A DNA stretch of 38,985 nucleotides from the NCBI GenBank assembly GCA_903915565.1, contig CAIWTG010000147.1, positions 1 to 38,985 on the forward strand, in the 5' to 3' direction. Below the pieces are notes generated by a model. That model saw only the letters and a program-made list of their open reading frames with translations. It was not told where the DNA came from and searched no databases. Of the stretch, positions 8,384 through 17,356 are shown piece after piece; position 1 is the stretch's first letter; every line of letters starts with the position of its first letter. A program made the translations under genes and the position numbers. Origin of the DNA: an uncultured Chloroflexota bacterium. GTDB taxonomy: Bacteria > Chloroflexota > Dehalococcoidia > Dehalococcoidales > RBG-16-60-22.

Positions 8384-9099
8384 TTCTTTTTCCTTTTTAA
8401 AAACGGCGGGGGCCAGGGGGCTTTAGTGACGCCGTTAGTCTTAAAGCGGTGATTACATTTGGTTTGTCCGGCATAAAGGTTCTGCGTGCGGGTGAACTTA
8501 ACGCCGCGCACTTTGGCCGATACGAAATCCAGGTAGCAGTAATAGGGCAGCAGCTCCTCCGCCCCATGCGCTTTATACAGCTTTTGCGTAGCGCACTCCG
8601 TAAAATCAAAACCGTAGTCGAAGGTCTTGCTGGTGCCGGGGACAAACGTAAAAACGTAGTCGGCAGGGTAGCGCCGTTCCTGCGAAAGCGCCGCGGTATT
8701 AAGCCGCCGTTCCGTCACCTGTTTGGGGATTAGGTTGGTTTTGGGCGGGGTAACTGCTGGGCGACGGTACTTGACCAGTCCGGCTTCATAAAGAATACGG
8801 CCGGTTTCTTCTACGGCAAAGCCGGCGGCCTGCATGGCCTGATATAACGCCAGGTACATTACCGATTCCACGAAGTTTTTCGTAAAGGCATTTTCATCCC
8901 CGCCGATATAGGGAATTTTGGGAATGAGTATTTCAAATTCCTGCCGTGTTTGCGCCAGTATCTTATAACCCTGGATTTCTCCGTAGCGACTAAAAACAAA
9001 AGGACTCCAGTATTTCATTTCCTGCTCGAACTGTTTAAGCAGTTCCGGCTGGCGGTTAATGTAGTATTTTTTATCTATCGGATATGCCATTGATTTCAC
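8359..9099 (-). CDS. L-2-amino-thiazoline-4-carboxylic acid hydrolase-like (ATC_hydrolase family) protein
   Basis: The C-terminal pattern FTECA..LYKAHGAEELLPYYCYLDF....G.KFTRTQNLYAGQTKCNHRF matches my recollection of the PF14196 signature (C..Y...G..EL...C..D....G....RT.T...G...C..R). The start is GTG at 9099 or ATG at 9090. The 3' end overlaps the PrpD start by 25 nt. Confidence 0.5.
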   Translation of the reverse strand: MKSMAYPIDKKYYINRQPELLKQFEQEMKYWSPFVFSRYGEIQGYKILAQTRQEFEILIPKIPYIGGDENAFTKNFVESVMYLALYQAMQAAGFAVEETGRILYEAGLVKYRRPAVTPPKTNLIPKQVTERRLNTAALSQERRYPADYVFTFVPGTSKTFDYGFDFTECATQKLYKAHGAEELLPYYCYLDFVSAKVRGVKFTRTQNLYAGQTKCNHRFKTNGVTKAPWPPPFLKRKKKWPRLMSL

Positions 9100-9102
9100 T
9101 CT

Positions 9103-9939
9103 TTAGGTTACGCCGCCCCCGAGCGCTATCACCTCGCCCGTAACATAGGTAGCAAGGTCGGAAACGAGGAAATAGGTAAGGTCGGCGGCTTCTTCCGGCG
9201 TGCCCAGGCGCCCCCAGGGTATGCGGTTGGCTAAAGCGCCCTGGTCTTTCTTGCGCGCCTCTTCCCAGGTAATGCCGTCCGCCTCCGCCATTTTCTGGAA
9301 GGATTCGTCCCGTAAATTGGTGACAATCATGCCCGGGTTGATGCCGTTAACGTTAATCTGATATTTTGCCAGCTCCAGCGCCAAGCTCTTGGTGAGGCCG
9401 ATGGTACCCCATTTAGCGGCGCCATAAGCCGCACTGCCCGGTGTGCCGTGCGTGCCCGCCAGCGAGCAGAAGATAACGATTTTCCCGCCCTGGCCTTTTT
9501 GTATCATGATTTTTGCCGCCGCTTTGCAGATTAAGAAGGCGCCAACTAAATCAATATCGATAATGGCGCGGATGTCTTTTTCCGCGAGGTCGACGACGTT
9601 AACGCCGACTGGCCCGCGGATGGCTGCGGCGTGCACCAGGATATCTACCTTGCCGAACTTCTTAACGATTTTATCCATGGCGGCATCAATCTCTTTGCTG
9701 ACGTTGATATCCAGCGTCACGGCTAAGCCTTTGCCGCCCAGTTTTTCAACTTCCTTAACGATTTCGTCTAGACCGCCCCAGCTTTCGTCGCCGGGGAACA
9801 TACTCTTCGGCGTGGCGAATTTATCGGCAACAACAACATCCGCCCCCTCTTTAGCCAGCTTTAAAGCGATGGCGTGTCCCATCCCCCGCTTGCTGGCGGC
9901 TCCGGTAACCAGGGCGATTTTTCCCTTCAGGCTATTCAT
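9103..9939 (-). CDS. SDR family oxidoreductase
   Basis: VTGAASKRGMG glycine-rich motif, HAAA, and YGAAK (YxxxK). RBS AGGAGA. Confidence 0.85.
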   Translation of the reverse strand: MNSLKGKIALVTGAASKRGMGHAIALKLAKEGADVVVADKFATPKSMFPGDESWGGLDEIVKEVEKLGGKGLAVTLDINVSKEIDAAMDKIVKKFGKVDILVHAAAIRGPVGVNVVDLAEKDIRAIIDIDLVGAFLICKAAAKIMIQKGQGGKIVIFCSLAGTHGTPGSAAYGAAKWGTIGLTKSLALELAKYQINVNGINPGMIVTNLRDESFQKMAEADGITWEEARKKDQGALANRIPWGRLGTPEEAADLTYFLVSDLATYVTGEVIALGGGVT

Positions 9940-9987
9940 AGTGCGTCTCTCCTTTTTAATACAGGTTACCCTATATCATATTAAAGC

Positions 9988-9996
9988 TGGTATAAT
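9988..9996 (+). promoter_or_regulatory. Extended -10 promoter element (TGGTATAAT)
   Basis: TGnTATAAT lies 28 nt upstream of the ATG at 10024, in the divergent SDR-SDR intergenic region. Confidence 0.45.
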
Positions 9997-10023
9997 ATCG
10001 TCAAATAACATCAGGAGTCAATC

Positions 10024-10806
10024 ATGCTACTTAAAGATAGAGTTGCCATCGTCACCGGCGGCGCTAAAGGCATCGGGAGGGCGATTGCCCTTGCCTTTGC
10101 CCGGGAGGGCTGCGACGTCGTTGTCAACGCCATGCACATTGAAGGGGCGGAAAAAGTTGCGGGGGAGATTAAGGCCCTCGGACGGAAATCTATAGCGATA
10201 GCATGCGATGTCGCTAATACCAAGGCCGTGAATGACATGGTGGCGCGGACGGTTAAAGAGTTCGGGAAAATAGATATTTTAGTTAATAACGCCGGCGGCG
10301 TGGCCGGGGACGCCAAAATAGAAGCCACGACCGATGAAGCCTGGAACCGCGTTATCGCCGTGAATTTAACGGGGCAGTTTTTAATGTGCCGGGCGGTAAT
10401 ACCCTGGATGAGAAAGAACGGCTACGGTAAGATTATCAACGTAAGTTCCATGGGGGCGATTCACCCGCCAGCCCCTATCGTCCATTACCACGCGGCTAAG
10501 GGCGGGGTGCTGGGGCTAACGACGAATCTGGCGCTAGAACTGGCTAAAGAACATATCACCGTGAATGCCATCCTGCCCGGGCCGATAAAGAGCGAGTTCT
10601 TTACCGAGATGTTTAAAGGCAAGAGCGAAGCGGAAGCCAATGCCTTCTTTAAAATGCTGGACGCCAAGGTGCCGATGAACCGCATGGGCATGCCGGACGA
10701 AGTAGCCGGCGTGGCTTTATTCCTGGCGTCGGATATGTCCTCTTACGTCACCGGCCAGTCCGTCAACGTGGGCGGGGGACTGCCGCTTTCACCGCTGGAC
10801 GGGTAA
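10024..10806 (+). CDS. SDR family oxidoreductase (FabG-like)
   Basis: VTGGAKGIGRAIA, NNAG, and YHAAKGG (YxxxK). RBS AGGAG. Confidence 0.85.
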   Translation: MLLKDRVAIVTGGAKGIGRAIALAFAREGCDVVVNAMHIEGAEKVAGEIKALGRKSIAIACDVANTKAVNDMVARTVKEFGKIDILVNNAGGVAGDAKIEATTDEAWNRVIAVNLTGQFLMCRAVIPWMRKNGYGKIINVSSMGAIHPPAPIVHYHAAKGGVLGLTTNLALELAKEHITVNAILPGPIKSEFFTEMFKGKSEAEANAFFKMLDAKVPMNRMGMPDEVAGVALFLASDMSSYVTGQSVNVGGGLPLSPLDG

Positions 10807-10981
10807 AAAACCAACTGCCAAATATCAAGGAAATACCAAATCAGAATACCTTTGAACTTTACAATAACAAATTAGCATTTTCCCTGGCAAATCCCTATAA
10901 TTTAAAGAGAGACCCAGCTAACATCTGGCCTTAGGCGACCCCTCCGGTCACACCGGTGGCCTCATTAGAGAACGAGTTCCC

Positions 10982-12181
10982 ATGATAAAAATGCCTGATA
11001 AAATACCTTACACCGGTAGCGGCAAGCTGTGGACGCAGAACTTGATAACGCTGGCGATAGCCGTTTTTCTTATGAGCCTAGGCCTGGGGTTACAAAGCGG
11101 CGTCCAGACCAACTTCATCCAGGAGATAGGCTTAACCGACTCGCAAGTACTGCTACAAGCAGGAATACGGGAAATCCCCGGTCTGTTTTTGATGTTCATC
11201 GCCGCGCTGGTGATGCACCTGCCCCTCAAGTGGCGGTCGGTAGCCTCGTTACTGGTAATGGGCATAGGCTTTACGCTTTACGCCACTGTGCACTCGTGGT
11301 CGGCGCTGGTGGTGGTGGCGCTGGTGGGCAGTCTGGGCTTCCACCTGTGGATGCCGCTGAACAACTCGCTCGGGCTAGGGCTGGCCCAGAAAGAAAACTC
11401 CGGCAAGGTGCTGGGGACGCTGGGGGCGGTAGGGTCACTGGCTACAATGGCCGGCATCGGCTTAATTATCCTCGTTTCAAACTGGCTTTCACTACGCCTG
11501 CTTATCGGGTTGGCGGGTGGATTAGTCGTCATCGCGGCCATAGTCCTCATCAAACTGCCCAAGGACATTGGCGAAACAAAGAAAGCCCAGCCGCGCCTTT
11601 TATTTAAGAAAAAATACTGGATTTACTATGTTCTCTTGCTATTCGAAGGCTCACGCACGCAGGTATTCTTCGCATTCAATACTATGGTGCTGGTGTACAA
11701 TTACGGGCTTAACGCCATGCACTTAAGTATATTACTACTGGCCAGCGGGCTGGTGAACTTCCTGCTATCGCAAAAGCTCGGACAGCTATTGGACGTCGTT
11801 GGCGAGCGGAAAATGTTGACGATTGGCTACATCGCTCTGATGTTCTGCTTTGCGGGATACGCGCTGGTGAACAACGTCTGGTTTCTGGGGGTTATGTTAG
11901 TCTGCATCAACTTCCTGGGGCAATTCAGCATCGGGCTTTCCACTTACGTCAACCGCGTCGCTCCGCCGGAAGAGCTGACCCCCACCCTCTCCACCGGGGT
12001 AAGCATCAACCACATAACGTCGGTAGGCATGTCCTTTTTAGCCGGGTTTTTATTGCCGGTTCTGGGTTACAAGGCGCTGTGCTGGGGAGCGGTGATTTTC
12101 ATCGGTCTTTCGGTACCGTTTGCCATGGCGCTACGCACCCCCGCGTTAAAGCCGGAAAGCGAAAGCCAGGTTATTGGATAA
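10982..12181 (+). CDS. MFS-type transporter (about 12 TMS)
   Basis: 399 aa and strongly hydrophobic, with regularly spaced TM segments and a central basic loop (KDIGETKKAQPRLLFKKK). The start is uncertain between 10982 and 10991. Confidence 0.6.
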   Translation: MIKMPDKIPYTGSGKLWTQNLITLAIAVFLMSLGLGLQSGVQTNFIQEIGLTDSQVLLQAGIREIPGLFLMFIAALVMHLPLKWRSVASLLVMGIGFTLYATVHSWSALVVVALVGSLGFHLWMPLNNSLGLGLAQKENSGKVLGTLGAVGSLATMAGIGLIILVSNWLSLRLLIGLAGGLVVIAAIVLIKLPKDIGETKKAQPRLLFKKKYWIYYVLLLFEGSRTQVFFAFNTMVLVYNYGLNAMHLSILLLASGLVNFLLSQKLGQLLDVVGERKMLTIGYIALMFCFAGYALVNNVWFLGVMLVCINFLGQFSIGLSTYVNRVAPPEELTPTLSTGVSINHITSVGMSFLAGFLLPVLGYKALCWGAVIFIGLSVPFAMALRTPALKPESESQVIG

Positions 12182-12185
12182 AAAT

Positions 12186-12223
12186 AGAGCCCGCCTCGTG
12201 AATGAAGCGGGCTCTTTCTGTTT
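12186..12223. terminator. Bidirectional intrinsic terminator
   Basis: AGAGCCCGC / GCGGGCTCT stem with a 12-nt loop. TTCTGTTT follows on the plus strand and ATTTT follows on the minus strand. It lies between convergent genes. Confidence 0.65.
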
Positions 12224-12235
12224 AATATAGTAGTC

Positions 12236-13684
12236 TTACTTCCCGACATATTTTAGTGCGTTCTTCCCGGCAATGCGCCCTGAATTAGTGGCAAAAGCCG
12301 ACGCCAGCCCGGAAGAACACTTAATAGGATAACTATCGCCGTACATGCCGCCGGCGTCAAAGCCAGCCGCGTAAAGCCCCGGGATGACCACGTCCTTTTT
12401 ATCCACCACTTCGGCTCTTTCGTTGATTTTAATGCCGCCCATCGTCCCCAAAAATACTGTTCGGGCTCTGACGGCGTAGTATTTAGGCCCAACAATCGGG
12501 TTCAGATACTTAACGTCCTTGGCAAAAAGGTCGTCGTGTTTTTTCTCGCAGAAAGCGTTATATTCGGCAACGGTGGCCTGCAATACCGCCGGGTCGACTT
12601 TCATCTTCCCCGCCAGTTCCGCCACCGAATCCGCCGCAAAGACCTCCGAGGAACCCCGGTCCAACGACGCCTTAAGTTCACGTCGGATATCGGTCAGCTT
12701 GGTGCCCGGTAGGGTGCTGACGTTGGCGTTTTTATCAACGCCCTTTTCCATCATCCGCTGTATAGCAGCTTCGTCGAAGATGGTATAGGAAAAGGCTTCC
12801 TTCGTTCTAACATTAACGTTGCCAACAAACGAATCGTAAAAAGCCACCGACTCATCACAAAAACGCTCGCCGCGCGGATTGACCCAGAGTCCCGGCTGGA
12901 TAGTGGCAATCTCTAGCTGACTGCCCATGGCAAACTCCGGCCCCATCGGACCAGTGCGGAAGAGCTCCAGCAGGCTTTTATTTTCCTCGCCCGCCCCGGC
13001 TTCCCAGGCCATTCTAATGCCGTCGCCCATTTTATCCACGCTGCCGACGGGTATCAGGTTAACATCGAGGTCAAAGCCGGTGTATTTCTTAATCCATTCC
13101 TTGTTATTGGCATAGCCGCCGCTGGCGATGACCACCGCTTTAGCTTTTACCTGTTTATCTTCCCCGTTATCTTCAACGACGACGCCCACAACACGGTCGC
13201 CCTCTTTGATGAGCCGCTTCACCGGCGCGGCCAGGCGGATATCTACGCTCTTTTCTTTGGCTTTGGTCACTAATGCCTTAATAACTGCTTCCCCTTTGCC
13301 CTTGATGATGTGGTAGGTGCGCGGGGAATCCGGCATGTTAATCGTGGCGTCGCTAAATTCAATCCCCTGCTGCTGCAGCCAGCTAATGGTGGGGCCGCTT
13401 TCGTTAACGACAGCCCGCACCACGCGTGGATTAGCAATCCAGTGACTGAACTCCATTATGTTTTTAAAAGCCTCGTCGCGGGTGTAGGTGATGTACCTCT
13501 GCCGCTGCATGTCGCTCTCCACGGCGAAGGTGCCCTCAAAAAAGTTGGAAGTGCCGCCCGGCGAACGCTCTTTTTCAAATACGATTACTTTAGCGCCGCC
13601 CTCGGCCGCGGTTAAAGCCGCCGCCAGCCCCGAAGCTCCCGACCCTACTACGATAACATCGGTTTCTGCCGGTAAATTTCCCAT
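12236..13684 (-). CDS. Soluble FAD-dependent oxidoreductase (FAD_binding_2; fumarate/urocanate reductase or KstD-like)
   Basis: DVIVVGSGASGLAAALTAAEGGAKVIVFEKERSPGGTS at the N-terminus, VVIASGGYANN in the middle, and GLYAAG..AGGMYG near the C-terminus. RBS GGGAGG. Confidence 0.8.
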   Translation of the reverse strand: MGNLPAETDVIVVGSGASGLAAALTAAEGGAKVIVFEKERSPGGTSNFFEGTFAVESDMQRQRYITYTRDEAFKNIMEFSHWIANPRVVRAVVNESGPTISWLQQQGIEFSDATINMPDSPRTYHIIKGKGEAVIKALVTKAKEKSVDIRLAAPVKRLIKEGDRVVGVVVEDNGEDKQVKAKAVVIASGGYANNKEWIKKYTGFDLDVNLIPVGSVDKMGDGIRMAWEAGAGEENKSLLELFRTGPMGPEFAMGSQLEIATIQPGLWVNPRGERFCDESVAFYDSFVGNVNVRTKEAFSYTIFDEAAIQRMMEKGVDKNANVSTLPGTKLTDIRRELKASLDRGSSEVFAADSVAELAGKMKVDPAVLQATVAEYNAFCEKKHDDLFAKDVKYLNPIVGPKYYAVRARTVFLGTMGGIKINERAEVVDKKDVVIPGLYAAGFDAGGMYGDSYPIKCSSGLASAFATNSGRIAGKNALKYVGK

Positions 13685-13702
13685 AACTACCTCCCGGTCA
13701 AA

Positions 13703-14158
13703 CTAAAAATCAACTTTTCTTAATTCCAGATAAATGGTTTGCCAGTTATCCTTAGAATAATTTTTCCAGTTATATTTTTTCAGCGGCAGGGGATAAACTA
13801 CTTCATTATCCAGCTGTTCTCGCCGAAACCACCCCACCTCGATGATATTTTCTGCCACCGCGCCGCGGGTTTTAGCCAGTTTTCCTCCGGTTAAATTGCA
13901 GAGGAACCAGATTTTGGTAATTCTATGGCGTCGCGAAAGCATATCTTCTACAAAGAGTATTTTCCCAGCGCTAATTTCAAGACCTGTCTCTTCAACCACC
14001 TCTCGGACGGCCGCCTGGCTAGTGCTTTCATTCACCAATACCCCGCCGCCCGGTCCCGCGAGATAACTTTTTCCCTGGCTATCCAGATATCTTACCAGCA
14101 ATAACTTATCTTCGTGGATAACGATAGCCCCGGCGGAAATTCTAAACTCTTTTTCCAT
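13703..14158 (-). CDS. NUDIX hydrolase
   Basis: Nudix box GPGGGVLVNESTSQAAVREVVEETGLE (Gx5Ex7REUxEExGU). Confidence 0.85.
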   Translation of the reverse strand: MEKEFRISAGAIVIHEDKLLLVRYLDSQGKSYLAGPGGGVLVNESTSQAAVREVVEETGLEISAGKILFVEDMLSRRHRITKIWFLCNLTGGKLAKTRGAVAENIIEVGWFRREQLDNEVVYPLPLKKYNWKNYSKDNWQTIYLELRKVDF

Positions 14159-14168
14159 TGCTTAAAAC

Positions 14169-16265
14169 CTAATAACTGCTCCAGAACTTAATCGGGGTGA
14201 TTTTAAGCCGCAAGTCGCACTGCAGGCAGCGCTTCGCCTCACACTCTACAACATTTTCATCGGTCTTTGCCACTACGCCGTTAAAGTTTTTAATGCGTTC
14301 CGCCGGCGCTACCATTTTATCTTCGCACCGCAACAGAGCAGCAAAGCCCTCAATCTTGCCAATAGCTGTCTTTAGCTCCTGTTCAGGCGCTAATTTTTCG
14401 TCGATGTTGCCGCCGCCCCCCAGGAACATATCCAAAGCAACCGCTGCTTTACGGCCGGAGGCGATGGCTTTAATGACGGATGACGTGCCGCTGACGGTAT
14501 CGCCGGCGGCAAAAACGCCTTCCCGGCTAGTACTAAAGGTGAACTCATCCACTTCGATGAGGTTACCGGCAACAGTGTTCAGCCCAAAGCCCTCCGGTAT
14601 TTCCGGCCGCTGCCCGATGGCGAAGATGACCATATCAGCATCCAGCACGTGGACGGAGTTTTCTCTGGTTTCTATCTGGGGTCGTTTTTCTTCGTCGAAA
14701 GAAAGCGATGTGACTTCCAGGCATTCCACGCCGGTGATTTTGCCGTTCTCCGTCAGGATGCGGGTAAAGGTGCGGGCGGGGTAAAGTTTTACTCCCTCCT
14801 CCTCCCCCTGTTTAATCTCGTCGTCCGAGGCGGGCATGGTTTCCCTTGATTCAAGGCAAGCCATCTTTGCCTGCGCCCCAAGCCTCCGCGCCGCCCGTGC
14901 GCAATCAAAGGCCACATTGCCACCCCCCAAAACCAGGACGTTTTTCCCGATGCTCACCTTGTCACCGGTATTGATAGCCCGCAGGAAATCCACACCGACT
15001 AATACGCCGGGGACATCGGCGCCGGGGATAGAGAGCTTTTGGCCGTGCTGCGTGCCGACCGCCGTAATGACGCCGTTAAAGCCCGTTGCAAAGAGATTTT
15101 TCATGGACTCAATTTTGGCGTTTGTTTTTATCTCCACGCCTGTTCTTTTGACATAGTCGATTTCCTTATCCAGCACTTCGCGCGGGAGGCGATAGGACGG
15201 TATGCCGTAACGCAGCATACCCCCCGCCAAAGGTAAAGCGTCATAAACGGTTACGCTGTGCCCCTGCAGGGCTAGATAATAAGCGGCAGTTAAACCTGCC
15301 GGACCCGACCCGATGACGGCCACTTTTTTGTCGGTGGCGGGTTTTTTGTTTATCTTCGGTAAAGCTTTACTGGATTTTTCCGCGGCGAAGCGCTTTAACT
15401 CCCTGATAGCGATGGACTCATTCACCTGACCGCGGCGGCAGACGCCCTCGCAGGGATGGTCGCAGACATAGCCCAGGACCGCCGGGAATGGTACTTTTTC
15501 TCTTATCACCGCCGCGGCGGCCGCGTAATCTCCCTCCCCGATAAAGCGTAAGTAGCGCGGCACGTCAATCTCCGCCGGGCAGGTATAGCGGCAGGGCAAT
15601 AAAGCCGTTTTCCTGTTCTTGCCCCGGGTGAGTTCTTCTTTATCCAGGATGGCGCCGCTGGGACAGACCTCGGCGCAGGCGCCGCAAAAGCGACACCCCG
15701 CCTGCGCTAAAGACAAATCGTTCTCCGTGCCGGTGTACTTATCTTCGCCCTTGGTTTTTTCAACCAGTATCCCTACCCCTCTTAAGTCTTTACAGGCTCT
15801 AATACACCGCTTGCACATGACGCATTTATTGGGGTTAAGGGTAAATAGCGGATTGCTGTCATCCACCGTAAAGAGCCGCGCCGGGCCGACGGGTTTATAG
15901 TCTTCCGAGCTGATGTATTGTTTGAGAGACTGGATTTCACAATTAAGGTATTTATTGCAGGTGCCGCAGTCGGCGGGGTGGCCTTTAAGTATCTTTTCTA
16001 ACGCCTGGCGGCGCGCGTCGGCGACCCTTGGAGTTTTGGTCAAGATGGTCAATCCGTCGGCGGCCGGTTCTTTGCAGGCGAGGACTAAATCCTCCCTCCC
16101 CGCCACCTCTACCGCGCATAAGCCGCACTCGCCGGTTGTGCCTAAATCGGGGTGATAGCAAAGGAATGGAATATAGATGCCCGCTTGCAGAGAGGCCTCA
16201 AGGACGCTCCGGCCCTGCCGCGCCTCGATATCGCGCCCGTCGATGTTAAGTTTGATTGTTTCCAA
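14169..16265 (-). CDS. Multidomain Fe-S flavoprotein: NuoG-like 2Fe-2S + 4Fe-4S N-terminus fused to a GltD-like NAD(P)H/FAD oxidoreductase
   Basis: Start re-called to the TTG at 16265 (ETIKLNIDGR), because a TATAAT promoter lies inside the ORF-track extension. Motifs are CYHPDLGTTGECGLCAVEV (2Fe-2S), HPADCGTCNKYLNC, CVMCKRCIRAC and CRFCGACAEVCP (4Fe-4S), VCDHPCEGVCRR (GltD N-terminal clusters), VIGSGPAGLTAAYYL (FAD), and VLGGGNVAFDCA (NADPH). Confidence 0.8.
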   Translation of the reverse strand: METIKLNIDGRDIEARQGRSVLEASLQAGIYIPFLCYHPDLGTTGECGLCAVEVAGREDLVLACKEPAADGLTILTKTPRVADARRQALEKILKGHPADCGTCNKYLNCEIQSLKQYISSEDYKPVGPARLFTVDDSNPLFTLNPNKCVMCKRCIRACKDLRGVGILVEKTKGEDKYTGTENDLSLAQAGCRFCGACAEVCPSGAILDKEELTRGKNRKTALLPCRYTCPAEIDVPRYLRFIGEGDYAAAAAVIREKVPFPAVLGYVCDHPCEGVCRRGQVNESIAIRELKRFAAEKSSKALPKINKKPATDKKVAVIGSGPAGLTAAYYLALQGHSVTVYDALPLAGGMLRYGIPSYRLPREVLDKEIDYVKRTGVEIKTNAKIESMKNLFATGFNGVITAVGTQHGQKLSIPGADVPGVLVGVDFLRAINTGDKVSIGKNVLVLGGGNVAFDCARAARRLGAQAKMACLESRETMPASDDEIKQGEEEGVKLYPARTFTRILTENGKITGVECLEVTSLSFDEEKRPQIETRENSVHVLDADMVIFAIGQRPEIPEGFGLNTVAGNLIEVDEFTFSTSREGVFAAGDTVSGTSSVIKAIASGRKAAVALDMFLGGGGNIDEKLAPEQELKTAIGKIEGFAALLRCEDKMVAPAERIKNFNGVVAKTDENVVECEAKRCLQCDLRLKITPIKFWSSY

Positions 16266-16305
16266 ACATAGCTCTTTAAAATAAAACGAGTGAAGAGGCA
16301 AGATA

Positions 16306-16334
16306 ATTATAGTATATGGGGGGAAAGGGGGCAA
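16306..16334 (-). promoter_or_regulatory. Putative promoter of the Fe-S flavoprotein operon
   Basis: On the minus strand, TTGCCC (16334-16329), 17-nt spacer, TATAAT (16311-16306). Confidence 0.45.
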
Positions 16335-16350
16335 GGGTTATGTCCCCTTC

Positions 16351-16380
16351 TATACAGGTACTTGCATATTATGTTATAAT
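16351..16380 (+). promoter_or_regulatory. Extended -10 promoter (TGTTATAAT) with a leader of about 110 nt
   Basis: TATACA (16351-16356), 18-nt spacer including a TG at 16372-16373, TATAAT (16375-16380). The start codon is not until 16496. Confidence 0.45.
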
Positions 16381-16495
16381 ATGGAGTAAGTTCAGGTTTA
16401 GGTTATGACACGCTTCCCAGAAGCCTTAAAAACGGATTTCTCTCAAGTGCGGATGACCAAAACTCTAACTAATAATTAAGAGAGGAGGTCATCCT

Positions 16496-16783
16496 ATGGC
16501 TTTTCAAGACAAAACCCTCACGTGTGCTGATTGCGGTGCTACTTTCACCCACAGCGCCGAGGACCAGGAATTCTTCCAGACCAAGGGTTACACCAATGAG
16601 CCCAAACGATGCCCCAATTGCCGTCAGTCACGGAAGACCGAGCGGTTTGGTGGTGGTGGACGACAGATGTATCCAGCCACCTGCGCCCAGTGCGGCAAAA
16701 CCACCGAAGTCCCCTTCCAGCCTCGCGGTGACAAACCCGTCTACTGCAGCGACTGCTTCAGACAGATGCGTCCCGCCAGGTAA
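16496..16783 (+). CDS. CxxC-x17-CxxC zinc-ribbon protein (double)
   Basis: CADCG...CPNCR and CAQCG...CSDCF pairs separated by a GGGG linker. RBS GAGGAGG. This family is commonly found beside cold-shock/RNA-binding genes. Confidence 0.75.
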   Translation: MAFQDKTLTCADCGATFTHSAEDQEFFQTKGYTNEPKRCPNCRQSRKTERFGGGGRQMYPATCAQCGKTTEVPFQPRGDKPVYCSDCFRQMRPAR

Positions 16784-16802
16784 ACCAGTTTAACTACGAG
16801 TT

Positions 16803-16838
16803 ATATCCGGGTTGGGCAACCGACCCGGATATGATTTT
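16803..16838 (+). terminator. Hairpin terminator or attenuator
   Basis: ATATCCGGGT / ACCCGGATAT 10-bp stem with a 10-nt loop, followed by GATTTT. Confidence 0.55.
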
Positions 16839-16903
16839 CACACCTTTTCCCTATCCTTTTATTGTCCCGATAACTTAAAGCCTATCTGAAGAGGGAGTAA
16901 TCT

Positions 16904-17269
16904 ATGAAGATTTATGTGGGTAATCTTTCCCACGAAGTAACCGAGGATGAGCTATCAGCGGAATTCGGCACCTACGGCAAGGTGGATTCCGTAGCTATTC
17001 CCTCCGATAAATACAGCGGACGGCCCAGGGGTTTCGCCTTCGTTGAAATGGGTTCGAAGACCGAAGCCGAAGCGGCTATCGCCGGCCTTAACGGTAAGTC
17101 GTTGAGAGACCGCACCATTGTGGTTAATGAGTCCCGTCCCCGTCCCGATAATCGCGGCGGTGGTGGTGGATTCAGGGACAACAGGGGGGGCGGCGGCGGT
17201 TACAACAACCGCGGTTACGGCGGCGGCCGAGGCGGCAGACCGGGCGGCAACAGAGACCGAAGATATTAA
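16904..17269 (+). CDS. RRM-type RNA-binding protein with a Gly/Arg-rich (RGG) tail
   Basis: RNP2 IYVGNL and RNP1 RGFAFVEM. The C-terminal tail is NRGGGGGFRDNRGGGGGYNNRGYGGGRGGRPGGNRDRR. Confidence 0.85.
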   Translation: MKIYVGNLSHEVTEDELSAEFGTYGKVDSVAIPSDKYSGRPRGFAFVEMGSKTEAEAAIAGLNGKSLRDRTIVVNESRPRPDNRGGGGGFRDNRGGGGGYNNRGYGGGRGGRPGGNRDRRY

Positions 17270-17356
17270 CCAGCCCGGCACTTCAATTACAGTGACTGTT
17301 CCTGACGCAGCAGCGCCAATTAATTATGCTTGTATGATTTGTTGAAAGGCGGCGGT

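Noticed and set aside
9443-10195. Long antisense or alternative-frame ORFs in the track, for example 9443..10195 (+, 250 aa), 19310..20098 (+, 262 aa), 25982..26572 (+, 196 aa), 14197..14784 (+, 195 aa), 31138..31731 (+, 197 aa) and 32047..32562 (+, 171 aa).
   Set aside because: Each lies entirely opposite, or out of frame within, a well-supported motif-bearing gene. Their composition is low-complexity and rich in Ser, Pro, Ala and Arg. They lack RBSs. These are typical shadow ORFs of GC-rich coding DNA.
10913-10981. A structured-looking leader (GGCC..CCGGTCACACCGG..GGCC) between a TTAGCA-18-TATAAT promoter and the MFS gene. I considered a small riboswitch (guanidine, preQ1 or fluoride).
   Set aside because: I could not match it to any riboswitch consensus I know. 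The stems are short (4 bp). An Rfam scan would be needed before making any claim.
16405-16479. 24-codon uORF (MTRFPEALKTDFSQVRMTKTLTNN) in the long leader of the zinc-ribbon gene.
   Set aside because: It has no convincing RBS and no recognisable leader-peptide features, and I have no conservation data. It is noted only as part of the long-leader observation.
17150-17260. A G-rich tract (GGCGGTGGTGGTGG..GGGGGGGCGGCGGCGG..) that could form G-quadruplexes or be a microsatellite.
   Set aside because: It is the in-frame coding sequence of the RGG/Gly-rich tail of the RRM protein. The repeat is imperfect at the DNA level, and its composition is explained by the protein.
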